The position numbers and the translations under genes were made by a program. From Methanothrix sp. (GTDB lineage Archaea > Halobacteriota > Methanosarcinia > Methanotrichales > Methanotrichaceae), in assembly GCA_963682135.1 (NCBI GenBank), contig OY821645.1, forward strand, positions 1,536,001 through 1,600,000: a stretch of 64,000 bases of DNA, given 5' to 3'. Positions 10,320-19,425 of this stretch are shown in pieces. Numbering within the stretch: position 1 is the first letter of the stretch; every line of letters starts with the position of its first letter. The notes below the pieces were generated by a model that did not search any database, was not told where the DNA came from, and saw nothing but the letters and a program-made list of their open reading frames with translations.

Positions 10320-11402
10320 TTGAATGGAGATGACGTTTTGGATCTTGTGTTGAGGAAGCTTGGCTGGAACGCATTTTTTGGCGAAAGTTTCCGAGAGCAT
10401 GTTGAAGGGCATGAGCCTGGAAGGATCTCCAGCGTAAATAAGAATGGCTGCAAAGTTTATACGAAGAACGGCGAAGTAAGGGCCAGGGTTTCTGGCAGGC
10501 TGCGCCAGGATGGCCAGTATCCTGCGGTCGGAGACTGGGTAGCAATTTCAGAGGATAATACAGGCACCTGCACTATACACGCCATATTGCCAAGGAAAAA
10601 CAAGATCTCTAGGAAAGATGCAGGGAGAGCGACTGGCGAGCAGGTGATCGTTACAAATATCGATATCGCATTCATCATGACCTCGCTCAACAGAGACTTG
10701 AATATGAGACGGCTGGAGAGGTACCTGGCCATTGTGAGACAGAGCGGCGTTGACCCTGTCATTGTATTAAATAAATCTGATATCTGTAGTGATGTTGATG
10801 CAAGGATAAATGATGTGTTGGCAATCGCGCCGGACGTGCCGGTACATGCAATTAGCGCGACAGAGGATGTCGGAATGGGATCTCTGTCACCATATCTTCA
10901 GGATGGCAAGACCGTTGTGCTGCTCGGCTCATCCGGTGTCGGAAAGTCCACCCTAATCAATGCACTAGACGGGGTTGAAAGGCAAAAAGTCGGTGAGATC
11001 AGGGAAGATGATAGTCGAGGACGGCATATTACGACTATGCGGGAGCTGATATTGCTAAAGAAGGGCGGAGTCATAATTGATAATCCGGGCATGAGAGAGC
11101 TCCAACTATGGGATGCCAGCGATGGGCTACTTACAACGTTTCTGGATATTGAGGAGCTTGCAGCAAAATGCAAATTTTCTGATTGCCGGCATGAGACTGA
11201 GCCAGGTTGTATGATCAAAAAGGCAATTGCAGACGGAACGCTTGCGGAAATCAGATTTGAAAGCTACCGAAAACTTCAGCGAGAGTTGCTGGCAGTCGAG
11301 AGACGGAAAAATCCTGATCTTCAGAGAGCCGAAAAGAAAAAGTGGAAAAAGATCGGGATTATGGCCAAAGAAATCCAGAATAGGAAAGAAAGAGGCATGT
11401 AA
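10320..11402 (+). CDS. rsgA: Ribosome small subunit-dependent GTPase A (circularly permuted GTPase)
   Basis: OB fold (PAVGDWV), G4 NKSD placed before G1 GSSGVGKST, G3 DNPG, Zn site CKFSDCRHETEPGC. Confidence 0.93.
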   Translation: MNGDDVLDLVLRKLGWNAFFGESFREHVEGHEPGRISSVNKNGCKVYTKNGEVRARVSGRLRQDGQYPAVGDWVAISEDNTGTCTIHAILPRKNKISRKDAGRATGEQVIVTNIDIAFIMTSLNRDLNMRRLERYLAIVRQSGVDPVIVLNKSDICSDVDARINDVLAIAPDVPVHAISATEDVGMGSLSPYLQDGKTVVLLGSSGVGKSTLINALDGVERQKVGEIREDDSRGRHITTMRELILLKKGGVIIDNPGMRELQLWDASDGLLTTFLDIEELAAKCKFSDCRHETEPGCMIKKAIADGTLAEIRFESYRKLQRELLAVERRKNPDLQRAEKKKWKKIGIMAKEIQNRKERGM

Positions 11403-11418
11403 AGGCCAGCCACCTTCT

Positions 11419-12192
11419 CTATGCAATTACATCTGACTGTGGAATTTCTCCAGAAACCTCCCTCATCAGCTCCTCAGCCCTCGCCAACTGCTCCTCGCTG
11501 CCCTGCAAGGCCAGCCAGACCGCTCCCTCCGCGCCGCCTACTCCGCCCGCGGCCAGCATCGCTGCTTCTGCTCCCGTGAGCAGCCGGATGGCCTCGATCT
11601 CAGTGAAGACCTCACCCGGCACGGGCAGCAGCCGAAAGCCGCTCTCACCGGGCGCATTGATTCGAGCGGCCAGCTCCATCAGGTCGCCAGGTACGCGCTT
11701 TTCCAGGCCCACAGGCAGGATGAGCCGCACTCTGCGGCCCACAGCCGCCTGCAGGGCGGTGATGGTCGTTCCCCCACGAGGATGGCCGATGAGCACAGCC
11801 ACCTGCTTTCTGGCCAGGTCCAGGGCATTAGCGCCCTTCAGGATGACATCGCCCTCACTCAAGCCTTCGGCGACGTCGAAGAGGGTCTTGCCCTTCTGCC
11901 AGACTCCTTTTACTATTACCACATCGCCGGGAAAATCGCTCTCATCTGGCAGCCTTCCTGTCTCGGTGGTCCTTCCCGGCGGCAGGACGATGCCCCGGAA
12001 AAATCTCTTTCGGGAAAACTCTTCTGCGTAGCCTGCCACTTTCAAGATCTCCTCAGCGACGTAACCGTTGGTGGTTCCGGCAATGATAACCAGTGTAGCG
12101 GAGGAAAGGGCCGTTCTGATGGTCGGGTGGATTGCCAGGGCTTTGCCTATGAGTCGCTTTGCTGCGGCGACAGTCAGGACGAATTGCATCAT
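11419..12192 (-). CDS. Conserved hypothetical protein
   Basis: [22 protein letters not shown] and GGVGGAEG motifs look like a conserved family; start at in-frame ATG 12192 or 12189. Confidence 0.7.
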   Translation of the reverse strand: MMQFVLTVAAAKRLIGKALAIHPTIRTALSSATLVIIAGTTNGYVAEEILKVAGYAEEFSRKRFFRGIVLPPGRTTETGRLPDESDFPGDVVIVKGVWQKGKTLFDVAEGLSEGDVILKGANALDLARKQVAVLIGHPRGGTTITALQAAVGRRVRLILPVGLEKRVPGDLMELAARINAPGESGFRLLPVPGEVFTEIEAIRLLTGAEAAMLAAGGVGGAEGAVWLALQGSEEQLARAEELMREVSGEIPQSDVIA

Positions 12193-12238
12193 GTCATTGG
12201 CGAAGATTTTTTGATAAAGATAAGCCCACCGGTGAGAT

Positions 12239-12949
12239 ATGCAAAGAAATGTCCTGGAGGCCATGCGCCTAGAGCTGCAGCAGAGCGCTGACGAGAAGAC
12301 CCGAGAGAGCGCTCAGCGCTTCTTCAAAGAGGAGGTTAAGTTCCACGGAGTGAAGAGCGCTGCCGTCAAGAAGATCGCCGCCAAGTATTTCCGGGAGATA
12401 AAAGGCCGAGACAAAAACGAGATTTTCTCTTTGTGCGAAGATCTCCTGCAGGCAAACTTTGGTGAGGAGGCCTTCATCGCCTTCGAGTGGTCCTATTCCC
12501 TGCGCAGTCAGTTCGTCCCCGAGGACTTTGCCGTTTTCGAGAGGTGGGTGGATCTGTACGTGGACAACTGGGCCAAGTGCGACACTCTCTGCAACCACAC
12601 CCTGGGAACCTTCGTGGAGATGTATCCCCAGTTCATCGATAACCTGGCAGTCTGGGCCCGCGCTGAGAATCGCTGGCTGAGACGCGCATCGGCGGTGACC
12701 CTGATCTTGCCGGCCAGAAAGGGGCTCTTCTTGAAAGAGGCTTTTGAGATCTCCGATATTCTCCTCATGGACAAGGATGATATGGTGCAGAAGGGCTACG
12801 GCTGGCTGCTCAAGGAGGCAAGCAAAAAGCATCCGGCTGAGGTCTTCGATTATGTGATGCGCAATAAGGCGCAGATGCCGAGAACGGCTCTGCGCTATGC
12901 CATTGAGAAGATGCCGGTGGAGATGAAAAAAGAGGCGATGGCGAGGTAG
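12239..12949 (+). CDS. DNA alkylation repair protein (AlkD-like HEAT repeat)
   Basis: [38 protein letters not shown]. Confidence 0.92.
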   Translation: MQRNVLEAMRLELQQSADEKTRESAQRFFKEEVKFHGVKSAAVKKIAAKYFREIKGRDKNEIFSLCEDLLQANFGEEAFIAFEWSYSLRSQFVPEDFAVFERWVDLYVDNWAKCDTLCNHTLGTFVEMYPQFIDNLAVWARAENRWLRRASAVTLILPARKGLFLKEAFEISDILLMDKDDMVQKGYGWLLKEASKKHPAEVFDYVMRNKAQMPRTALRYAIEKMPVEMKKEAMAR

Positions 12950-12959
12950 GCTGACCGTT

Positions 12960-13021
12960 CTTTGCGCCGCTACGTGAAATTTGGCCGGATCAGTTTCACG
13001 CGAAGGCGCAAAGCCGCGAAG
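12960..13021. repeat. REP-like intergenic palindrome between convergent genes
   Basis: CTTTGCGCC-GCTA-CGTGAAA...TTTCACG-CGAA-GGCGCAAAG hairpin. Related copies at ~25601, ~27862, ~39411, ~45454 and ~47475. Confidence 0.7.
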
Positions 13022-13032
13022 TCAAACGTCGG

Positions 13033-14016
13033 TTATTTCGGCCTGGCTGTACAAGTCTCCCTGAACTGGGCCGCCAGGCAGAGGATCTCAAACATAATCG
13101 TGGCTCCGGCCAGAGCCGTAATCCCTCCGGCATCGTAAGGTGGTGCCACCTCCACCAGATCCCCGCCGATGACATTCAGCCCGGATAGGCCCCGCAAGAC
13201 CTGGAGGGCCTCAAAGCTGCTCATGCCACCGACCACCGGGGTTCCGGTACCTGGGGCAAAGGCCGGGTCCAGGCAGTCAATGTCGAAGGAGATGTAGACC
13301 GGACCGTCACCCACCAGGCTCCTGATCTCCGAGATTACTTTTCTCCAACCCAGCTCATAGAACTCTTCGATATGAATTACTCTCATGCCGCTATCGTAAG
13401 AGAACTGCCAGAGCAGCTCAGCCGTGCCGCGAATGCCGATCTGCACCGTGCGCTTTGGGTCCACCAGCCCTGCCTCAACGGCATTTCTCATGGGGCAGCC
13501 ATGCTGCAATCCGCTTCCGTGGAAAGGTGCCGACGTATCGCAATGCGAGTCGAAATGGATGAGCCCGACCTTCTCTTTTGGAGAGAGGCCTTTGAGAATG
13601 GGAAAGGTTATGGAGTGATCCCCGCCCGCGGTTATGGCCAGGACATTGGCTGATGACAATTTCCTGTAGAATGATTCGATATCCGCGTGAGCCTCTTTCA
13701 GATCATACGTGGTCTGAAACGGCACGTCTCCAGCGTCCGCTACTCGATGAGTGGCAAAGGGCGACATGCGGCTGTAGTGGTTGTAGACACCCACCAGCCG
13801 GGACTGGTTTCGGATCTCCCGCGGGCCCAGGCGCGTGCCGCTGCGGTTGGTCACGCCCAGGTCAAAGGGCACGCCCACCAAAGCAATGTCCAGGCCGCTC
13901 GTCTCCCGCTGGTAGGGCGCACCGAAGAATGTGGTGATGCCGCTGTAAGGGGGCTGCATCATCTCGGGCGCGAAGGTCTTTGCGATCTCTGCGAGCCTTT
14001 TCAATTTATCGTCCAT
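13033..14016 (-). CDS. Agmatinase/ureohydrolase family protein
   Basis: GVPFD, GPREIR, GGDHS, HFDSHCD, SFDIDCLDPAFAPGTGTP, DLVEVAP. Confidence 0.92.
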   Translation of the reverse strand: MDDKLKRLAEIAKTFAPEMMQPPYSGITTFFGAPYQRETSGLDIALVGVPFDLGVTNRSGTRLGPREIRNQSRLVGVYNHYSRMSPFATHRVADAGDVPFQTTYDLKEAHADIESFYRKLSSANVLAITAGGDHSITFPILKGLSPKEKVGLIHFDSHCDTSAPFHGSGLQHGCPMRNAVEAGLVDPKRTVQIGIRGTAELLWQFSYDSGMRVIHIEEFYELGWRKVISEIRSLVGDGPVYISFDIDCLDPAFAPGTGTPVVGGMSSFEALQVLRGLSGLNVIGGDLVEVAPPYDAGGITALAGATIMFEILCLAAQFRETCTARPK

Positions 14017-14064
14017 AACATTTCACCGTAGATTCCTGCGCGAATGTACCGCCACTTTTTTTCA

Positions 14065-14316
14065 CTATCTATACGCCTTGCTGCGATTTTTTATTCGCAA
14101 TATCAATACTCCGTCCTGTTTCTTGGAATAGACGACCCGGTAATCTCCAATGCGCAGCTTGAAAAGTCCTTTGAACTGTCCGGTGAGCGCCTCTCCGCAG
14201 TCCGGGTTACAGGATAACTCCTCTTCCAGTTCTTTGATTACTCTCTTAGCAACCGACTTATCCAGATTCTTCAGGTCGTGGGCCACAGATGATTTGTACT
14301 CAATCAGGCAGGCCAA
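14065..14316 (-). CDS. RelE/ParE-family toxin
   Basis: LTGQFKGLFKLRIGDYRVVY...RIKNRSKAY; overlaps the upstream antitoxin. Confidence 0.9.
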   Translation of the reverse strand: MACLIEYKSSVAHDLKNLDKSVAKRVIKELEEELSCNPDCGEALTGQFKGLFKLRIGDYRVVYSKKQDGVLILRIKNRSKAYR

Positions 14317-14533
14317 GAAGCACCCTCATCTCTTCGCTAGATACCACGTTGTCGTTTTTATCGTTCAAACGCTCCTGGGCAATCAGGTAATCTGAATAAT
14401 CCTCAAGATATGCCTGCAACGCTTTCTTGATGATATACGCCTTGGAGCGATCTATGGTTTCAGAAAGGCTCTTCAGGCTATCTGCCATGTCGTCTGGAAG
14501 CCTGATCGATACTGATGTGGAGATCCTAATCAC
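14300..14533 (-). CDS. Ribbon-helix-helix (RelB-like) antitoxin
   Basis: VSIRLPDD...RSKAYIIKKALQAYLEDYSD; directly upstream of the RelE toxin. Confidence 0.88.
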   Translation of the reverse strand: MIRISTSVSIRLPDDMADSLKSLSETIDRSKAYIIKKALQAYLEDYSDYLIAQERLNDKNDNVVSSEEMRVLLGLPD

Positions 14534-14653
14534 CTTGTATTACAATGAATTACAAATATATCAATGTCTCTACGTTCTGGCATAAGCCCACAAGGGCCTT
14601 GATGATATGGCTCTTGCTAGCATTGGACCGGATATGAAGTTGGTTAATCATGA

Positions 14654-15760
14654 TCATACTATATCCCAAAATAGGATGAACCAACAGCTTCCTGGTCCGC
14701 GAACGGCAGGTTTCCCATCGGCACCATAATTCATCATGATGAATTCGACCGTTTTTCCTACTTGATTGCCAAATTCTTCATAGACGAGATTCGTTTGTAT
14801 CACCGTTCTTGCTGCTGCTGTGTCTCGAATCCCGTTGAACTCAAATGATTGCAGGTGCTTCGAATTATATATTTCTCTTATGCGCGCAGGCATTGCATTT
14901 TTATTGTCGCCAGAATTCAATAAGATGCAATCAGCCATGGTACGGTAATCCGGCCTAGCCTTTTTCCAGTCTGAAAGGAACTCTGCGAGCTTCCTTTCTG
15001 GCGTCCCTTTTTCATAATCATCTGGGCCTCCGGTTGCGGGAATATTTTGGCCGAGTTTAATAACCCTTGGTTTCCATTCTTGCAGCTTTAGCTTCTCTGC
15101 TTCGTCATTGATGAACTGCGTGATCACTTGACTCAACGTTATTGGCTTTTCCGGAGGTTTTGGATCTAGTTTTAGAGTTTCCACTTCTACTGGGCCACGG
15201 GCTGCGGGGATATTTTGGCCGGGTTTAATAATTCTTGGTCTCCATTCTTGCAGCTTTAGCTTCTCTGTTTCGTTATCGTTGATGGGCTTGATCACTTGAC
15301 TCCAAGATATTGGCTGTTCCAGAGGGTTTGGGTCTAGTTTTAAAGTTTCCACTTCTTCTCGCAGGCAAGCTGTCTGGAGATCTGCATAAGCCTTCTCATT
15401 TGGCACCCTCCAGTCAATGTGTGCGAACTGGGCGATGACATCGGGCGGATTACAGTCAGCGATAAGGAGCGGGATAAAACGGCGCTGGGCATTGGTCGGA
15501 TCACGGAAGAGCAGGGTGTAGTGCTCCAGTTTTCCCCATTCGGAGGCGAAATAATCTCGGGACATGCACATGAGGAGAGTGCAGGACTGCTCAATGCCGT
15601 GCTGTATTTTTAGGGGAATCAAATCCCCTGGCTTGATGACCCAGTCGTCCAGCCAGACTCGCAGGCCATCTTTTTTCAAGCGCTCGGCCAGAGAATGGAC
15701 GATCTTCCTGTCTTTAGAACTGTAGCTGAGAAAAACGTCATATTCGAACTCACTGCTCAT
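14654..15760 (-). CDS. TIR-domain protein with internal 56-aa duplication and uncharacterised C-terminal domain
   Basis: YDVFLSYSSKD...VWLD..IKPGD...SEWGKLE (putative catalytic Glu)...RRFIPL. Confidence 0.9.
   Translation of the reverse strand: MSSEFEYDVFLSYSSKDRKIVHSLAERLKKDGLRVWLDDWVIKPGDLIPLKIQHGIEQSCTLLMCMSRDYFASEWGKLEHYTLLFRDPTNAQRRFIPLLIADCNPPDVIAQFAHIDWRVPNEKAYADLQTACLREEVETLKLDPNPLEQPISWSQVIKPINDNETEKLKLQEWRPRIIKPGQNIPAARGPVEVETLKLDPKPPEKPITLSQVITQFINDEAEKLKLQEWKPRVIKLGQNIPATGGPDDYEKGTPERKLAEFLSDWKKARPDYRTMADCILLNSGDNKNAMPARIREIYNSKHLQSFEFNGIRDTAAARTVIQTNLVYEEFGNQVGKTVEFIMMNYGADGKPAVRGPGSCWFILFWDIV
15023..15358. repeat. 168-bp in-frame tandem duplication within the TIR gene
   Basis: Diverged units 15023-15190 and 15191-15358, each encoding VETLKLDP..P..EKLKLQEW.PR.IK.GQNIPA..GP. 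Confidence 0.92.
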
Positions 15761-15804
15761 TGCTCAATCGCCTTCGTTTCTGCCCCGCAAGTTTTGCTTG
15801 CGCC

Positions 15805-16641
15805 CTATTCACTTTCTTGGTCAAATAATCCTTGCTCAGCTTTCATAGCCCAATCGCGGATAGAAAACAGCGCCGCCCAAGCTTTTGCGGCGACCATCTT
15901 ATTATCGTAGCCAAGATCCATGCCGTGCAGTATGCCGTTTCGATACGGGATGGTTATCTGATCTGATGTTGTTTTATAGCGACCTTTATTGAAAACCCCA
16001 GCCAGTGATTTCAATCCTTTGCTATGGCCAGAGATAGAATTCCATGCATCCATGTTAGCATTTTCGACAAAGAAGCCGAGTTTCGATCCTCTTCCTTTCT
16101 CGTGCGCGTCATTGACTATTCCATTAAGCAGAGCAAGAACAACAGGGACACAAGCATGATAACGCGCCTCACGATAATCAATTCGTGCCTTTTGTGCCAG
16201 ATGCCACCTTGCGCTGAATGCATCCACACGTTTCATATTCTTTATATTCCACCCAACTTTCTCGTCATCATAGTAATTTACAAGGTCAGTTTCGGCACCA
16301 TCAATATCCCCCGACTCTGCTTTCTTTATCGCAGCCTTAGCAACTTCAAGATTCATAAGTTCATAGATGATCCAGCCGCGCTCTGCGAATAGATCATTGA
16401 ATCGATCTGGGATCGATGCCAGCTCTTCAGCCGAGCTACTTAGCGCCTCTACCTTTGCCAGCTCTAAATCGATTTTATCCACCTCAATTCCAAATTGCTT
16501 TAAGAATGGTTTTAAAAGAGGCAAAGCGTCTTTCGCATTTTTAAGATTTTGAATGTCTCGAATTGGCTTGTTAATTGTTGGTATATCCCGAATGCTTGGC
16601 TCTTTTTCCATAGTATTTCGCCTGGAATCGCACTCTGACAA
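15805..16641 (-). CDS. Hypothetical protein with HEPN-like R-x4-H motif
   Basis: Helical protein with YHACVPVVLALLNG...PYRNGILHG; AT-richer than the core genes. Confidence 0.7.
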   Translation of the reverse strand: MSECDSRRNTMEKEPSIRDIPTINKPIRDIQNLKNAKDALPLLKPFLKQFGIEVDKIDLELAKVEALSSSAEELASIPDRFNDLFAERGWIIYELMNLEVAKAAIKKAESGDIDGAETDLVNYYDDEKVGWNIKNMKRVDAFSARWHLAQKARIDYREARYHACVPVVLALLNGIVNDAHEKGRGSKLGFFVENANMDAWNSISGHSKGLKSLAGVFNKGRYKTTSDQITIPYRNGILHGMDLGYDNKMVAAKAWAALFSIRDWAMKAEQGLFDQESE

Positions 16642-16698
16642 TCTATAACAAATTGATTCGTTGTCTTGCGAATTATGTCATTGTTCGGGGAGGGACTA

Positions 16699-16875
16699 TT
16701 ACATCTCCCATCCCACATCGTACCTCGCCCCGCACTCCGGGCAGATGAGAATGATCTTGTAACCATCCTCAGCCCGCTGAAAAGAGCTGTGAAAGCCCAG
16801 CTCATAGCCGCATTGCGGACAGACCCTAAACTCTTCTCCCAGTTCTACCTTAACAATCTCTTCAGAAGCTTTCAT
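16699..16875 (-). CDS. 58-aa zinc-ribbon protein
   Basis: Manual translation MKASEEIVKVELGEEFRVCPQCGYELGFH...ICPECGARYDVGWEM; GGTGA RBS; below the ORF-track length cutoff. Confidence 0.8.
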   Translation of the reverse strand: MKASEEIVKVELGEEFRVCPQCGYELGFHSSFQRAEDGYKIILICPECGARYDVGWEM

Positions 16876-16901
16876 GATCTCACCTTAGGAGTTGATCGTA
16901 G

Positions 16902-17735
16902 TCATGCATCATCTTCTTCTTCCTTCATCATAACATAATCGCCTATGTACCTGTGGCAGTGCGGGCAGATCATCTTCTTCCGATGCTTCTCTTTTCTTCT
17001 CTGCAACACCTCGTTGAATCCCGAGGCCAGAATGCCTGCCGGAAGGGCAAACAGGCCGACTCCTGCTATTACCACAAAAGAGCCTATGAATTTCCCTAGC
17101 GGCGTCTTGGGATAGATATCTCCGTAGCCCACAGTGGTCAGGGTGACCACTCCCCACCACATGGCATCGGGAATGTTGGCAAAAGCCTCCGGTTGAACCT
17201 CGTTCTCTGCTTCATAGACCATGCTGGATGCTACCGTGAGCATAATCAGGGTGGCAAACAATGTCACACCCAGCTCTTCCTTCTTGAGGTTGAGGACTTC
17301 GGCAAATGTCTTGAGCGCATCGGAATACCTGGCCAGCTTCAAGATCCGGAAGAGACGGAAGAGGCGTAAGGCTCGAACGAAGCGCAGGTCCGGGATGACG
17401 AATGGAAGGTAGAAGGGCAGTATGGCCAATAGATCAATAATCGCCATGGGAGTAATAAGATAGCGCAGCCTCCCCGAAATGGGCGCTCTGAACTTGGGAT
17501 TTTCGGTGCAGCTCCAGGCGCGCAGGATGTATTCCACTGTGAAGATTGCGACGGAAAAGAGATCGAAGGCACGAAATAGCCGCCCATAACTGGCATTAAT
17601 CCAGTCTACCGTCTCCAGGACCACAGCGGCTACGTTTAATACTATCAGTATCGTTATGAATGGATCGAAGTACTTGCTGTCTTCGTCACCCGGCTCTAGT
17701 ATGCCGAAGATTCGCGTCTTGAGCTTCATATTCAT
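16902..17735 (-). CDS. Voltage-gated K+ channel (6TM)
   Basis: S4 RFVRALRLFRLFRILKLARY; selectivity filter TTVGYGD. Confidence 0.95.
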   Translation of the reverse strand: MNMKLKTRIFGILEPGDEDSKYFDPFITILIVLNVAAVVLETVDWINASYGRLFRAFDLFSVAIFTVEYILRAWSCTENPKFRAPISGRLRYLITPMAIIDLLAILPFYLPFVIPDLRFVRALRLFRLFRILKLARYSDALKTFAEVLNLKKEELGVTLFATLIMLTVASSMVYEAENEVQPEAFANIPDAMWWGVVTLTTVGYGDIYPKTPLGKFIGSFVVIAGVGLFALPAGILASGFNEVLQRRKEKHRKKMICPHCHRYIGDYVMMKEEEDDA

Positions 17736-17787
17736 TGTCCGGAATTAGGAAGTGCTTTTTTGCATTTAAATTCTTTCCCGCGTAATT

Positions 17788-18588
17788 TTATGGGCCATCT
17801 TCGCCGTCCACTCTCTCCTGAGCATCCTTCTCCTCCCGCCGCCGCTCCAGCTCATCCACGAAACCGGATGTGAGAATCGACGTGGGCAGCGCGAAGGTGG
17901 CCACGCCTAGAATTATGATCAGCCCGCCTGCCAGCTTTCCCAGAGGAGTTATGGGGTAGAAATTGTCTCCGACGGTGGTCATGGTCAGCACCGCCCACCA
18001 CATGGTGGCAGGTATGTCAGGAAAACGGTGGGGCTGCGCTTCATGCTCCAGGAAATAGATCAAAGTCGAGGACAGCACCATGAAGAACATGATGGCTGAG
18101 AAACTCATGATCAGCTCGCGCTGTTGGGCGCGAATCACATCCATTATGGTCTGCAGGGACTCGGAGTAGCGGCTGAGCTTGAGCAGCCGGAAGGTCCAGA
18201 GAACGCGAAGGCTTCGCAGGAGAATATGATCTGCGGGAAAGGCCAGGGCAGCTAAGGTTGGCAATATTACCAGGAGGTCTATCAGCGCCAACGGAGTCAG
18301 TGCGAAGCGAAGCCGTCCCGAAAATGGAGGCCTGTATTTGGGGTCCACATCGCATGACCAGATGCGCAAAATGTATTCGATGGTGAAAATTATCACAGAG
18401 ATATCTGCGAAGTAATGAAACAGAACTTTATGGGCCGCATAGATGCTCTCCACAGTCTCCAGGACCACGGCGGTGACATTGAGGACCACCAGTACCAGCA
18501 TAAAGAGATTTACCGCCTCAGCGGTTTTATCCTCGGCATCGGTCGACTCCAGGATCTCATAAATGCGGACCTTGTAGCTTCTGGTCAT
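17788..18588 (-). CDS. Voltage-gated ion channel paralogue with non-canonical filter
   Basis: 6TM; S4 LRSLRVLWTFRLLKLSRY; filter TTVGDNFYP. Confidence 0.92.
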   Translation of the reverse strand: MTRSYKVRIYEILESTDAEDKTAEAVNLFMLVLVVLNVTAVVLETVESIYAAHKVLFHYFADISVIIFTIEYILRIWSCDVDPKYRPPFSGRLRFALTPLALIDLLVILPTLAALAFPADHILLRSLRVLWTFRLLKLSRYSESLQTIMDVIRAQQRELIMSFSAIMFFMVLSSTLIYFLEHEAQPHRFPDIPATMWWAVLTMTTVGDNFYPITPLGKLAGGLIIILGVATFALPTSILTSGFVDELERRREEKDAQERVDGEDGP

Positions 18589-18654
18589 AAAACACGCTCA
18601 CTTTTGGCTATGGTATGTCTATCTTAATATATCCGAACTTGCCCTATTTTTAGT

Positions 18655-19425
18655 ATGCGAGCTGCCTGCCTTCAGCTACAGGTTGAGCCCTGTAAAACCG
18701 AAGAGAACCTCTTTCGAGCATTGCAGATGGCAGGCTCTGCCCTGGCTGAAGGAGCCGAGATCCTGGTATTTCCTGAGCTCTTCCTGACCGGCTTTTGCTA
18801 CGAGCCATCTTTGCAGTCCACTTCCTCGGCACAAGATCTGCCGCCCTATCCTTCGCTTGATTCCTTCCAGGCGCTGGCCGAGGAGCACGACTGCCTGATC
18901 ATGGGCTCGCTGCGCAGCGGTCGCCAGAACCTGGGATTTTGTCTCGACCGGAGCGGCCTGCAGCTTCGCTCCAAGATCCATCCCTTTGGTGAGGAGAAGG
19001 AACACTTCGATGGCGGCGGCGCCATATCGCCGATAGATACAAGGTGGGGCCAAGTAGGCCTGCAGATCTGCTACGACCTGCGCTTTCCAGAGGTGGCGCG
19101 CTCTCTTGCCCTGCAGGACGCAGATTACTTGGTCAGCGTGGCCCAGTTTCCCGCCCTGCGTCGCGAGCAGTGGCGCACGCTGGCCATGGCCCGGGCCATA
19201 GAGAATCAGATGCCTCATCTGGCCTGCAACTGGGCCTCTGGCGGCGGATCATTGATTATCGATGCCCGTGGGCGGGTCTTGGCCGAAGCCGGCTTCGAGC
19301 AGACGGTCATTCTGGCCGATATAGACCTGGCTGATCGGGATCTATTCCGTCGCGAGGTCTCTTGCTTTGCCGATCGTCAGCCAGAGGTCTACGGAAGGTG
19401 GGATACTGAACGCTCTAACCCATAA
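18655..19425 (+). CDS. Carbon-nitrogen hydrolase (nitrilase family)
   Basis: FPELFLTG, KIHP, ICYDLRFPE, ARAIENQ. Confidence 0.93.
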   Translation: MRAACLQLQVEPCKTEENLFRALQMAGSALAEGAEILVFPELFLTGFCYEPSLQSTSSAQDLPPYPSLDSFQALAEEHDCLIMGSLRSGRQNLGFCLDRSGLQLRSKIHPFGEEKEHFDGGGAISPIDTRWGQVGLQICYDLRFPEVARSLALQDADYLVSVAQFPALRREQWRTLAMARAIENQMPHLACNWASGGGSLIIDARGRVLAEAGFEQTVILADIDLADRDLFRREVSCFADRQPEVYGRWDTERSNP

